DNA of 50,647 bases, taken from IMG/VR virus record IMGVR_UViG_3300036781_000493, positions 1 to 50,647 of that record; one strand, given 5' to 3'. Made by a program: the position numbers and the translations under genes. Source of the DNA: a virus (lineage: Duplodnaviria; Caudoviricetes). The notes under the pieces were generated by a model. It did no database searches. It was not told the DNA's origin and worked only from the letters and a program-made list of their open reading frames with translations. Positions 1-9,176 of the stretch are shown here, piece by piece. The first letter of the stretch is position 1. Every line of letters starts with the position of its first letter.

Positions 1-127
1 ATCGATTGAATCCATGTTGAGTTCTCCGGAAGCTCAAGCGGTGGCTCCGCGAACGTTCCTTTGAATCGAATTCCTGTTTTCGGATCAGCTTCTTTCATCG
101 GCGATCCGCCACCGACTCTATCGATCT
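1..127. repeat. 127-bp terminal direct repeat, copy 1 (circular assembly overlap)
   Basis: Identical to 50521-50647; lies inside a continuous ORF. Confidence 0.95.
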
Positions 128-887
128 TCTGACGAAAATCAATTTCGAACTTGCCTTGAATGTTGATTTGCATCCAGCCAACTTCATTGAAGAATTTGCT
201 CATGGCGAATCCATGAGGCTTGGAGCAAGAAGAAACCGAGGTGATGTTCTCCTTGACAATCATGTCTTTGGCTTTAGGGGCCGCAGAACCTCTTGGCTTT
301 TCGAGTCTCTCGTAGTGCTCAGGGTGTGCCTGAACAATAACATGGACTGGGCAGTGTTGTATATAACTACCGAGTAGATTCGCCCGTCGACTCGCATCAC
401 CGTAAGCAGCTTGCCCTCCTTCATTGAAGGTTTCAAACGAGACTCCATTGCGCTTTGCTGAGTCTTGGAGGAGTTGAAGCATCGCCGCAGTCCAGGAATC
501 GAGGACGATGATAATTCCGTAAGGTACGTTGGTGGTTCGAATTTGCAGAATCGTGTCGGTAGGGAGAGGCGCACCTTGACCATATGGCATCTCCAGTCTT
601 TTGTTCCAGCGAAAGAGTCGTTTCGTGTGGAATGCACCGAACAATTCAATAGCGAAGTCATATGGCATATGGGTCGCAACATAATGCGTTCTGCCCATGG
701 CCTCAGGGCTGTGCTTGATTCTTTTCTTGACAGTGCTCAAACCATTGTCAGCGTCGATATAAAGAACTGTGAATCCATCCAAGATCGCATCCGCTACCCA
801 ATCGGTCTTGCCGGTTTTACTTGCTCCAACCAACAGAAGATGAACTGGTGATGGAGTCTCGGGTTCGTCCTGTAGAGTAGTTGACAC
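1..887 (-). CDS. P-loop ATPase, AAA_24/Sak4-like; 5' part of a 344-aa gene that continues across the junction to 50373
   Basis: Manual translation of 96-422 and 801-887 in one frame: GTG at 887 with AAGGA upstream, VHLLLVGASKTGKT Walker A, later HVIVQAHPEHY; in frame with 50373..50618; missing from the ORF track because it wraps. Confidence 0.85.
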   Translation of the reverse strand, partial: MSTTLQDEPETPSPVHLLLVGASKTGKTDWVADAILDGFTVLYIDADNGLSTVKKRIKHSPEAMGRTHYVATHMPYDFAIELFGAFHTKRLFRWNKRLEMPYGQGAPLPTDTILQIRTTNVPYGIIIVLDSWTAAMLQLLQDSAKRNGVSFETFNEGGQAAYGDASRRANLLGSYIQHCPVHVIVQAHPEHYERLEKPRGSAAPKAKDMIVKENITSVSSCSKPHGFAMSKFFNEVGWMQINIQGKFEIDFRQKIDRVGGGSPMKEADPKTGIRFKGTFAEPPLELPENSTWIQS

Positions 888-919
888 GATCTTGGTATCC
901 TTATGATTCAGTAATGAAC

Positions 920-936
920 GTTAATGGAGTCTTAAC
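920..936. promoter_or_regulatory. CtrA-binding box (GTTAA-N7-TTAAC) with GANTC in the spacer
   Basis: GTTAA TGGAGTC TTAAC matches TTAA-N7-TTAAC on both strands, about 30 bp upstream of the ATPase/SSB/polymerase operon. Confidence 0.65.
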
Positions 937-1426
937 GCTCTATCGAGGTTTCATTCATGATCATGGCACGATCCATGATCTCCTGTTCCATGTGCATTGC
1001 GTCATCTGCGAGTCGCTTATTGAGCGGAACGACCGAAGCGCTTTTCAATCCTTTGAATCGCCGAGTCCCTTCCAGTGCAGCAACATTTCCAGTCTTAACA
1101 TACTCTGAAACCGCGTCTTTGTCAAGACCCCCCGCAATTTTCTCCAAGTAGTCTGAGTCACTCGACGCCTCACCGCTGGCTTCCGATGCAGGCTTACCCG
1201 TCATCACTCTCGGCTCAAGATCATGAGCGACAGCGATGTTGTATGGAATCCTGACGAGGCACTTCACTCGATCATAAGACAGCGGCTGAAAATTGTTGAC
1301 TGGAGTCAAATCCACGATGTCATCCGTGTCGATACGGATTTTGCCGACCATTGAGTCGGTGACAGTGAATACAGCGCGCGAGCGAGTGATCGAGTGCAGG
1401 AACAGATAAACTTGAACGTCTTTCAT
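932..1426 (-). CDS. hypothetical protein
   Basis: 164-aa ORF with GGAG RBS, in the minus-strand gene chain. Confidence 0.75.
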   Translation of the reverse strand: MKDVQVYLFLHSITRSRAVFTVTDSMVGKIRIDTDDIVDLTPVNNFQPLSYDRVKCLVRIPYNIAVAHDLEPRVMTGKPASEASGEASSDSDYLEKIAGGLDKDAVSEYVKTGNVAALEGTRRFKGLKSASVVPLNKRLADDAMHMEQEIMDRAMIMNETSIER

Positions 1427-1492
1427 TGAGTCTCTCCAGGGTTGAATCCGAGTGATAAAAGCTGAGTGGCTGGATTAGTTCCGCTCAGAAAC

Positions 1493-1645
1493 TTAAAGCC
1501 AGAGTCCCCAAGGGCTAGCAAGCCCCTGAATGAATCGAATGAGCCAGACAACAGCGAGAGTTGCGCAGGCTACGCAAGTGATGACTGTGATGAAGGCAAC
1601 GATAGATTCGACAATGAGTAGAATCCACTTAAAGATTTTACTCAT
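1493..1645 (-). CDS. small membrane protein (50 aa)
   Basis: MSKIFKWILLIVESIVAFITVITCVACATLAVVWLIRF is hydrophobic; start overlaps the end of the upstream gene. Confidence 0.55.
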   Translation of the reverse strand: MSKIFKWILLIVESIVAFITVITCVACATLAVVWLIRFIQGLASPWGLWL

Positions 1646-2018
1646 TGAACTTAATCCGCAGCATTGCCACGCAGAACTTGTGCCGCTGCTGTTGAGTCTG
1701 CAGCTTCTCAGTGATGAACTGATCGGCCTGCAAAAGCACCTCAGCATAGACTCTATCGACGCTATCGACATTGAGTCCCTGAATGAGGATGGCGGCGGTG
1801 ATAGCATTCTGCGTGTCGGTGTCGGTGAACGGCTTGATCGAGCAAACTCGATTCGCTGCGATCATGCCAACCGAGGAAGTCAGATATTCGACTGCGAGTC
1901 GATTGACTCCAGGCGGAAGACTTGTTTCCTCCGCCTTAGCCGGTTTCAAGATAGCCGCTGTGAGGGCAACGCTGGCCGCTGCCAATGCTATCAAATGCCA
2001 ATTGAGTCTCATTGCCAT
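1638..2018 (-). CDS. hypothetical exported protein
   Basis: N-terminal signal-peptide-like segment ending AKA; AGGAG RBS. Confidence 0.7.
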   Translation of the reverse strand: MAMRLNWHLIALAAASVALTAAILKPAKAEETSLPPGVNRLAVEYLTSSVGMIAANRVCSIKPFTDTDTQNAITAAILIQGLNVDSVDRVYAEVLLQADQFITEKLQTQQQRHKFCVAMLRIKFNE

Positions 2019-2023
2019 ATCTC

Positions 2024-2446
2024 CTACTCGTTATTGGTTTTGGAGAGAGCAGCTTCTTCTCGAGTCACCTCATCCAACTTTTGGCCGCCACTGTCAAGCC
2101 AGAGTTGGAATCTTTCATCCCATGTCTTACCCATTCTAAAGGCTTGCAGCCGGCAGATTGGCATGAGATTCATGAGCTTTTCGATATCATCGACTCCGTA
2201 AATTATCATCACGGAGTCCAATTGCTGTCGAAGAGAGATCGTCGTGTCGGTCTCATCTTCCATGGTGACTTGCTCAGGAATCAACTGCAAAGTTGTGTGA
2301 GCGATCTTACAAAAATAGGCGGCGGCATGCGAATAGAATCGCATATCGCCATCGGGCAAGAGTCCGCCTTCAGCCTGCGTCCAACCGTGCATGATCGGAC
2401 CAATCAGGATGGCATGTCCTTCAAGGGTTTCTCGATTCTTGGCCAT
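2024..2446 (-). CDS. hypothetical protein
   Basis: 140-aa ORF with TGATG coupling to the upstream gene. Confidence 0.75.
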   Translation of the reverse strand: MAKNRETLEGHAILIGPIMHGWTQAEGGLLPDGDMRFYSHAAAYFCKIAHTTLQLIPEQVTMEDETDTTISLRQQLDSVMIIYGVDDIEKLMNLMPICRLQAFRMGKTWDERFQLWLDSGGQKLDEVTREEAALSKTNNE

Positions 2447-2865
2447 CAGACTACCGGAATCTCATGACGCGCAACCAGTTTCCTGATATTACGCTCAGCG
2501 AGGTGATCGAAAGAGAGTCCAAAGAAAGTGAGGGCTTCACTGAGATAGTAAAGTGCGTCCCCCATTTCATCCAGAATCTTTGTCTTTCTTTCTGCCGACA
2601 CGGTCATCTTTCCTTTGGAATCCATGGCCCAGTCCTCCTCACGAATCACCTTGCCGAGTTCGTCGGCCACTTCACCAGCTTCACCCGCCAGTTTCAGGAA
2701 CACGTAACATGCACCTTCGAAAGAATCGGGACGGTTGGTAGTCCGCATCGACCTAGTGAATGCCTGATAAGCATCGAGCGTATGGTATTCACCCTTGTTG
2801 TCGAGTGCGTTGAATTTTTCGACTCTCAAGGCAACGAGGGTTTTATCGAGTGGTTTCTTGGTCAT
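2446..2865 (-). CDS. mazG: MazG-like nucleotide pyrophosphohydrolase
   Basis: LAGEAGEVADELGK...ILDEMGDALYY...NIRKL motifs; start reassigned to MTKK at 2865. Confidence 0.85.
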   Translation of the reverse strand: MTKKPLDKTLVALRVEKFNALDNKGEYHTLDAYQAFTRSMRTTNRPDSFEGACYVFLKLAGEAGEVADELGKVIREEDWAMDSKGKMTVSAERKTKILDEMGDALYYLSEALTFFGLSFDHLAERNIRKLVARHEIPVV

Positions 2866-2869
2866 GACT

Positions 2870-3847
2870 CTAGGCCTCCAATACCCAGTAGGGTTCATAA
2901 ATGCGCGACTCCTTACGGAAGTCTTGACGCTCTGCAGCGAACCAATTCTGCAAAAATTCCGGTTCACGACGATGGCACACATCCAGGAATCCGCATGGTG
3001 TGCCATAGAACGAGCAGCCGTGAGAACGACGTGGCCAGAATCCTCTCTGGCCCATGTCAATCATTCTACGGAGACGTTCGTTCTTTGCTTCAATAGATTC
3101 GAATATCTCATCAGACTCCAAATGGTATGTCTGAGGGTTTGTCTCCGGAAGTCCATGCTCCCCGAATTCGGCGATGAAATACGTAACATCCATCCCTTCT
3201 TCTCGCCACGGGAGTCCAATGGCTTCACTGAGAACGAAACCGTATTGTCCTGCCTGCCCAGAGAATCGAAAACTTGCCTGTTGAGCTTGCTCTCCCAGAA
3301 TCGTGGTTTTAAGGTCACAAACCATGTATCGGTTTCGTTGCCGACGATGACGGAGAACCCAATCGATCTTCCCTTGAGTCGCAAGGTAAACCGGTGTTCC
3401 ATGAACAGGGTGCGGGAAGCTTCCAAGTGAAATATGATCGATTCGCCAGGGCAATTCAATAGCATATTTGCCATCCGGAAGCCGAGCCACTTCCCAATCC
3501 TGCCAAAAGGAATCGTTTCGAATTGCTTCAAGTAGAAGGAATGCGTTGCCGAGAGTTCGCCGGTGATCAATAAGCCCCGAGTCACGTCGTTTATCCTCCA
3601 GTTTCCAAGGCCAAAATTTGAGCAGAGTCAAATCACTGGCAGTGATGTTACCTTCCTTTGTCCACTCCTGAGTGGCCTCATGAAGGGCGGTTCCTACCTC
3701 AGCCGCGAGTCCCATTGTTTCTTGAAGAGGAAACTCTTCATAGATGTGACGGAACTCAAAGCGTCGAGGGCAAGACTCAAAGGTGCCATCAATAGAATGG
3801 GAAGTGATGATGTATCTGGGCTTCGGTGGGTTGACAAGCTGAGCCAT
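2870..3847 (-). CDS. PD-(D/E)XK exonuclease (AddB/Cas4-like, probable Fe-S cluster)
   Basis: SHS..FESCPRRF, GTALHE, GKID, CDLKT, QY motifs and C-terminal C-x6-C-x5-C. Confidence 0.85.
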   Translation of the reverse strand: MAQLVNPPKPRYIITSHSIDGTFESCPRRFEFRHIYEEFPLQETMGLAAEVGTALHEATQEWTKEGNITASDLTLLKFWPWKLEDKRRDSGLIDHRRTLGNAFLLLEAIRNDSFWQDWEVARLPDGKYAIELPWRIDHISLGSFPHPVHGTPVYLATQGKIDWVLRHRRQRNRYMVCDLKTTILGEQAQQASFRFSGQAGQYGFVLSEAIGLPWREEGMDVTYFIAEFGEHGLPETNPQTYHLESDEIFESIEAKNERLRRMIDMGQRGFWPRRSHGCSFYGTPCGFLDVCHRREPEFLQNWFAAERQDFRKESRIYEPYWVLEA

Positions 3848-3848
3848 T

Positions 3849-4007
3849 TTACATTCCTATTGTGTCGAGTCGATAAGCCCAACTTATGTTCATAATGATA
3901 CCATCTTTATCTCGATAGCATCCTTCAATATAAGCGATGACTCGACACTCGGTTGCATTCATTTGTTTAAAGGATTGACAAACTTTAAACGAGCGAGTGG
4001 CCCACAT
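3849..4007 (-). CDS. small hypothetical protein (52 aa, MWATRSFKVC...)
   Basis: Manual translation; TGATG coupling to the upstream gene; fills the gap exactly. Confidence 0.5.
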   Translation of the reverse strand: MWATRSFKVCQSFKQMNATECRVIAYIEGCYRDKDGIIMNISWAYRLDTIGM

Positions 4008-4624
4008 CAAAGACTCCAATCATCGCCGCCAATATCGGCAAGCTTTTGAATGGTGTCTGCCGGCAATGCATTAAGATCAAGAGTCATTGCATTGTCGCCG
4101 AAGCGATTCTTAGCCTTGACATTACCAGCCTTGGCCTTAGCTTTGTCGGACTTCTTGATTCCAGTCTCAAGTGCACGTTCACGCACTGTTCGAATGAAGT
4201 GAATGATGTTGGCAATGTCCTTGTCAATCATCAGTCCTTCGAGTTCGGGCTGAGTCTGGAGTTCTGTGTAGATTTTCTTGACGTAGTTTCTGCAGGTATC
4301 GACATTGAAATCATCGATACCAGTATCTCTGGCGAGAAGTGAGTCAAACCTTGCCAAGAGCTCACGGAAGTCCTTCGGCTCTTCTGCGAATAAGTATGAA
4401 TGATCTTGCTCAATAGCCACCGTCTTCGCTTGAGCCTTAGCGACCGAGGATGAAAGTAGATTCTTGGGCTTGACGGCAGGAACCATCGGAATCGACGCAA
4501 CCGTCTCCGTGTTAACTTCTGGCGTGACGACAGGCGTAGAATCGACAATTTTGGCATCTTCGATAGACTCCTTAGCCTTCATCGATTGAATGAGGCTAGT
4601 CTTTGAGAACGAAAACTTAGTCAT
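4007..4624 (-). CDS. hypothetical protein
   Basis: 205-aa ORF, ATGA overlap, GAGG RBS. Confidence 0.8.
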   Translation of the reverse strand: MTKFSFSKTSLIQSMKAKESIEDAKIVDSTPVVTPEVNTETVASIPMVPAVKPKNLLSSSVAKAQAKTVAIEQDHSYLFAEEPKDFRELLARFDSLLARDTGIDDFNVDTCRNYVKKIYTELQTQPELEGLMIDKDIANIIHFIRTVRERALETGIKKSDKAKAKAGNVKAKNRFGDNAMTLDLNALPADTIQKLADIGGDDWSL

Positions 4625-4965
4625 AAATCAACCTCACAAGAGTTGGCAAGATTCCGCATCATTTGCAACTGCGTCATGCGGAATTTCAAGGCGTAGCTTT
4701 CTTTGACGACTCCATCAAGTTTGAAGTCGCCGAATGGGATAGCTTCGAAACCGAATAGACTCACAGTCTGCCCAGCCTTGGCCTTCATGGATCGAAGCCG
4801 AGTTAGTTCACTGCGAAGAATCTTCACAGTATGCAGGCCGCGTCCTTTGACGGTCAAGAGAACCACCGGTTCAGACGTGTCTTGCTTAAACATACGAAGC
4901 ATGGTTTCCAGAATCTGCGGCCCGGAAAGATCATGAATCGATGCGTCAATCAGTCTGTGAGTCAT
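4621..4965 (-). CDS. hypothetical protein
   Basis: 114-aa ORF, TAATG coupling. Confidence 0.75.
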   Translation of the reverse strand: MTHRLIDASIHDLSGPQILETMLRMFKQDTSEPVVLLTVKGRGLHTVKILRSELTRLRSMKAKAGQTVSLFGFEAIPFGDFKLDGVVKESYALKFRMTQLQMMRNLANSCEVDL

Positions 4966-5435
4966 TACAGTCCCACTTTCCGATTGAGCATATCACGTGG
5001 TCTTATGGGAGCCAACTTAAATGTTATCTCTTCAATCGCTTCTGCCCGGAGGTCAACGTAGCCTTGACTGGTTGCAGTAACTGAGAGAGCGTCCAAGTAG
5101 GCTTGAAGTGACTCAAGCACTTTCTTGTATGCCACCACTTCAGCCGATTGATCCTGATGCTCAGGCAACTCAACTACCTGAATATGCAACGGAGGCCAAC
5201 CGTCTCCGAGAATACCTATCTGAATCAATGCGCCACCATTTAAGGCAGACACCTCACGCTCGGTGGGTTCCCAGAGAGTCACCATTTCATTGCACAAGGC
5301 TCCATCAGGAGTGTGTGCAGGACGATCCAGAATGCAAAGCCCCAGGTAGCCCTGCTGTTTGCCAACGTTGACTCTTGTCGCCCCTGCGACCATTTTATTC
5401 ATCATGGTGCCAACTCCAGAATTGATTGATTCCAA
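4965..5435 (-). CDS. hypothetical protein (start uncertain)
   Basis: Contains W-E-P-T-x2-E...LNGG...G-x2-WPP, which I recall from small phage proteins. Confidence 0.7.
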   Translation of the reverse strand: MESINSGVGTMMNKMVAGATRVNVGKQQGYLGLCILDRPAHTPDGALCNEMVTLWEPTEREVSALNGGALIQIGILGDGWPPLHIQVVELPEHQDQSAEVVAYKKVLESLQAYLDALSVTATSQGYVDLRAEAIEEITFKLAPIRPRDMLNRKVGL

Positions 5436-5616
5436 CGGCTGCCGTAGACAACTTAGTTATCTCCATCAGCTCATTTGCGATTTCGACTCCGCATTTATCA
5501 TGTAAGACAACCTTAGGAAACTTAGAGAGCTGCCCAAAACAGTTATACGGAGTCGTTCCGAATTGATTCGTAGACGCATTTCCGCACCAACAGCAGTGAA
5601 AACGACGAAGAGTCAT
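5395..5616 (-). CDS. small putative zinc-binding protein
   Basis: CCWC...HDKC ligands; abuts the helicase stop. Confidence 0.6.
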   Translation of the reverse strand: MTLRRFHCCWCGNASTNQFGTTPYNCFGQLSKFPKVVLHDKCGVEIANELMEITKLSTAAVGINQFWSWHHDE

Positions 5617-7677
5617 CTACCGATTGCCTATTTCGTACGAAAAGGTATTTTGCGTGTCATCGAATTCTTCGATGCTAAGTGGTACGTTAACTCGGAGACG
5701 AACCCCCGGCGCCACTTGCTTACCCTCAGTGGCCATCTTACGATACGACTCGACTTTTTCCGCAATGGTGCGTCCAAAAATCTTTTGTTTCTGAATAGCG
5801 TGGTTAAGACCACTTGTCGTATAGAGTATGATGACTCTCTTAGTCGCACGAGTGATAGCTGTGTATAGCCACTCTCGGCACAGTTGTTGCTTCTGACCAT
5901 GGTGTACGATGATAATAGCAGTATCGAACTGCGAGCCTTGGCATTTAGCGACGGTGGAGCAGAACGCCAAGTGTAAGGACTCAACACCGGCTTTTGATGA
6001 GAAAGTGCGTGACGCGCCGTTATCGAATTTAACAACGACCGAGTGGGATGCAAGCCCGCCGCCTTCCGCGTCATCTTCTTCGTCGTCCTCATGATTGAAT
6101 CCCTCAGCGTTGATGTCATCAAAATCGGTATTGGCCAGCGCGTCAAGGTCGTCTAGGGCTTTCGTTCGGCCAAGGTTGATATGAGCAATACGAGTCCGTA
6201 CCTCAACTTGCACTTCATCCTCAGCACCGAAAAGCTTATAGTCGCCTGAGTATTTGACATTGCGGAAAATGTCTTGGATGACTCCAGTCATCCCATTAGT
6301 GACTCTCTCATCCTTATCCGGAGCTTCATTCTTTGTAGCCATGACACGAAGTCCGACTCCGAACTTAGGCTGTCGGCGGCCCGCATCGATGATGTACCGA
6401 ACGTGGCCTTCCTTTGGTGGTTGAATCAAGATGCTGAGAGCCTCATTCAATGGAGCTTGCTGAACCATTGAGGTGTCAACGGAGTCATCAAACCCATTTC
6501 CAGCCGTCATTACCCGGTCCCGATATGGATCGTAAACGAGTGGACTCGTCGGATCGCTTTCGTCTATCCTGCGTGTTCGGACCTGTTGAAGAATAGCGAG
6601 AATCTGTTGTTGTGCTTTCCTTGGATTCCCGTCCAATTCGAACCCAGCCACTCGCCAGTCCGGATTGTCTTTTGTAGTATCGAATGTTGGGCGCTTTCCG
6701 TTCAGCACCTGATGGGCCACTTCCACGATTCGATTCGCTCCGGCCTCCTTCTGCCTGTGCACTTTCGTTAGCTCGAACACGGGCCACCGCGAGAGCGCAT
6801 ACGCGAAGACAGGTTGGCCAATGATTGGAGGTAGCTGATTCAAATCCCCGGTCATATACACACGGGTTCCCGGTTTCAGGGCAGCTAAGAGTTGCTTCCA
6901 TAGGTCGAGTCCTACCATTGATGCTTCATCGATGATGACTACATCGTGTTCGCATTTGTTAGTGTTGTGGCGGGTGGGCACAAAGATTCGAGTCTTCTTG
7001 CCGGTCTTAGTGGAAATGGTTTCCTCCGGCTTGAATTCTAAAAAGCCATGTATTGTCTTACAAGCTGCTCCCATCCAATCTGGCTGGTTGTACTTGATGA
7101 CTTGGCTTGCCATCCCTGTGAATGCAATGAGAGCGATGTTGAGTCCTTGCCCTCCTGGAAGCTGTCGTACATGAATAATGTTCCCTCCTGACTCTGTGAC
7201 TCCGTAGATGAGTTCTTGGAGCACAAATTTCTGGACGGTAGTCTTTCCCGTTCCAGCCGCGCCAATAAGGCAAGCGTACTGATGTTTGACAAGCTGCCGG
7301 ACAGCCTCAGCTTGAGACTCATCGAGTTCGATGTCCGTGGGAGCAAGTCCGGAACTTTCAGCCGGTGGGACTCTGAATCCATGATAAACTGCACCATCGA
7401 TGTCGTAGTCTCTATCTTCATATTCGCGGTGCGAGTCATCGATCGAATCCTCTCTGTCAATATCTCGAACTGAGTTGAATGCTTCCTCGTCCTTGACGAT
7501 CTGTTCGGCGACGATTTCGGAAGATTCAAGAATCTCAGCGACAATTTCGTTTACTTTGTCCTCTTCCGGTTTGGTGAGGGCAATGGTTGACTCAAGCTCA
7601 CGTGCCTGTTCCAGAAAGGATTTGCGGGCAAGCGCACGGGCAAAGAGAGAGTTGTTACGTGGCATTGGATTCGACAT
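5617..7677 (-). CDS. RecD/Dda-like SF1B DNA helicase
   Basis: GAAGTGKTT, IIDEASM, GDLNQLPPI, LTKVHRQ, TVAKCQGSQF, WLYTAITRA motifs. Confidence 0.93.
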   Translation of the reverse strand: MSNPMPRNNSLFARALARKSFLEQARELESTIALTKPEEDKVNEIVAEILESSEIVAEQIVKDEEAFNSVRDIDREDSIDDSHREYEDRDYDIDGAVYHGFRVPPAESSGLAPTDIELDESQAEAVRQLVKHQYACLIGAAGTGKTTVQKFVLQELIYGVTESGGNIIHVRQLPGGQGLNIALIAFTGMASQVIKYNQPDWMGAACKTIHGFLEFKPEETISTKTGKKTRIFVPTRHNTNKCEHDVVIIDEASMVGLDLWKQLLAALKPGTRVYMTGDLNQLPPIIGQPVFAYALSRWPVFELTKVHRQKEAGANRIVEVAHQVLNGKRPTFDTTKDNPDWRVAGFELDGNPRKAQQQILAILQQVRTRRIDESDPTSPLVYDPYRDRVMTAGNGFDDSVDTSMVQQAPLNEALSILIQPPKEGHVRYIIDAGRRQPKFGVGLRVMATKNEAPDKDERVTNGMTGVIQDIFRNVKYSGDYKLFGAEDEVQVEVRTRIAHINLGRTKALDDLDALANTDFDDINAEGFNHEDDEEDDAEGGGLASHSVVVKFDNGASRTFSSKAGVESLHLAFCSTVAKCQGSQFDTAIIIVHHGQKQQLCREWLYTAITRATKRVIILYTTSGLNHAIQKQKIFGRTIAEKVESYRKMATEGKQVAPGVRLRVNVPLSIEEFDDTQNTFSYEIGNR

Positions 7678-7678
7678 T

Positions 7679-7819
7679 TTACAACCCCAATGTTTCTTGA
7701 TTCAAGTAATAAAACCAGCCATTGAAATCCTTAATGGCGATGACTTCATCTTCTTGATTCCAAACAAGCCAAATGTAAGGCCAATAATCCCAATCGATCA
7801 TATTATCATAATTGGTCAT
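7679..7819 (-). CDS. small Trp/Tyr/Asp-rich protein (46 aa)
   Basis: Manual translation MTNYDNMIDWDYWPYIWLVWNQEDEVIAIKDFNGWFYYLNQETLGL; AAGGGA RBS; fills the gap exactly. Confidence 0.55.
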   Translation of the reverse strand: MTNYDNMIDWDYWPYIWLVWNQEDEVIAIKDFNGWFYYLNQETLGL

Positions 7820-7834
7820 GACTCAATACTTCCC

Positions 7835-8833
7835 TTAAAAGTCAATGTCGACGTTACCGAAACGCGCCATTGCTTTTTTCTTATTGGTTTCCGTGGCTTT
7901 CTTGTCGCCTGCCTTAGTGGCTTCCTTCGGCTTCTTGAGGATGTTGCCAGAAGAGTCAACAACTACCTTACGGCTAGCCAATTCAGCTTTATACTGTTCA
8001 GCCAATGCCTCGGGCAGCTTATCGACCACATCAACCAAGGCGAAGAGAGTCTTGACACCGCGACGAATTGAAGTGTTGCCATGGGAATAAGAGCCAACGG
8101 ATGCAATAGCCGCTCTTCTCTGTTCAACTTGCTTTTGATGCTTTTCTTCCGCCCTAACGATATTGTCGGGAGTCAGACCATGCTGGTCAAGAGCGGCAAG
8201 TAGGGAGAACTGATTGCCAGTTGGCGGAGTCTTCATCGTTGCAAGTTTGATGAATCCGCAATTTTCCACTTCGTCGACAAAGACTAGCAGATAATCAAAG
8301 TTGAATTCACTTGTGCGAAGCGACTCAGCAGCAGCGGCAATATGCGTATCATAGATGGCTTGGCGCACATTGTGAATCGCGTCTAAACGCACAAGTTGTT
8401 CAAGCGTAGCTTGATGGGCGTCCGTCCAATCCGAGATAGAGTCATTAAGCTCTATCAGCCATTGGAGTCTACGCTGAGCCAAATTTGTATTAAACTTAAC
8501 GTCGTATTTGATCCGAAGAGAGTCGAACAAAAGACGACTTGCCAAAATGGCGAATAAGTCCTTCGGATAATTGTTGCGAAGAAACTTGAATCCAGTAGGG
8601 GAAGAGTGTCCAACCAAGTGCGGAGCTGGCTTGCTGGACTGGATGAACCATTTCAATTGCAGAGAATCCATGACGGACTCGTCATCTGCAATGGGGTGCT
8701 GATAAAGCTCAAATGAGATAGCCTTATCAATGGATTCATCCGAAAGTTGACCTAAAATGGCTCCGGTCAAATTGCAGCGGATATTGTGAATCCCGTGCTG
8801 CTTGGCAAGGTTCACTAGTTTTTCGTTTTGCAT
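7835..8833 (-). CDS. hypothetical protein
   Basis: 332-aa ORF, GAGG RBS, Lys-rich C-terminal tail. Confidence 0.85.
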   Translation of the reverse strand: MQNEKLVNLAKQHGIHNIRCNLTGAILGQLSDESIDKAISFELYQHPIADDESVMDSLQLKWFIQSSKPAPHLVGHSSPTGFKFLRNNYPKDLFAILASRLLFDSLRIKYDVKFNTNLAQRRLQWLIELNDSISDWTDAHQATLEQLVRLDAIHNVRQAIYDTHIAAAAESLRTSEFNFDYLLVFVDEVENCGFIKLATMKTPPTGNQFSLLAALDQHGLTPDNIVRAEEKHQKQVEQRRAAIASVGSYSHGNTSIRRGVKTLFALVDVVDKLPEALAEQYKAELASRKVVVDSSGNILKKPKEATKAGDKKATETNKKKAMARFGNVDIDF

Positions 8834-8863
8834 GGTGATTTTCCTCGGGATTGTAGAGTTGAA

Positions 8864-9088
8864 TTAAAAGGAGATTCGCTTAACTGCGAAGTCAATGCTT
8901 CGATTCCCTGCCCATATGGCAAATTTGGAAAAGGATACTCTCCCTTCATGAGTGCCAAGATCGAATAGGCGAGTCTTATTATCCTCTGATTCGCCATCAT
9001 TGAAGATTACGACCATGTGAAGGCTCTGAGTCATCTCAGGCTTTGTAGTCTTGGATTCAGTAACAGTTTGCATTTGCGGATTTCCCAT
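8864..9088 (-). CDS. hypothetical protein
   Basis: 74-aa ORF just downstream of a predicted promoter. Confidence 0.6.
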   Translation of the reverse strand: MGNPQMQTVTESKTTKPEMTQSLHMVVIFNDGESEDNKTRLFDLGTHEGRVSFSKFAIWAGNRSIDFAVKRISF

Positions 9089-9114
9089 TTTGGAATTGTG
9101 GCATTAACTATTGA

Positions 9115-9143
9115 AGTTTAGAGAAAATTGCCAGGAATAGCAA
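9115..9143 (-). promoter_or_regulatory. sigma70-type promoter
   Basis: Minus strand TTGCTA-N17-TAAACT in an AT-rich intergenic gap. Confidence 0.6.
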
Positions 9144-9176
9144 GTAGAAATTTTTACCCCAATTTTAGGGTTTTTG

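Noticed and set aside
1-127. Terminal direct repeat as biological genome ends
   Set aside because: 127 bp equals a common assembler k-mer and the repeat lies mid-gene; it is best explained as a circularisation overlap
1-600. TCGA enrichment (8 in the first 600 bp)
   Set aside because: Plausibly a host-like oligonucleotide signature and partly a by-product of GANTCGA contexts; cannot be separated without computation
2446-2865. 2-aminoadenine (Z-genome) pathway suggested by MazG plus PolA
   Set aside because: No PurZ-like or HD-domain dATPase gene recognisable
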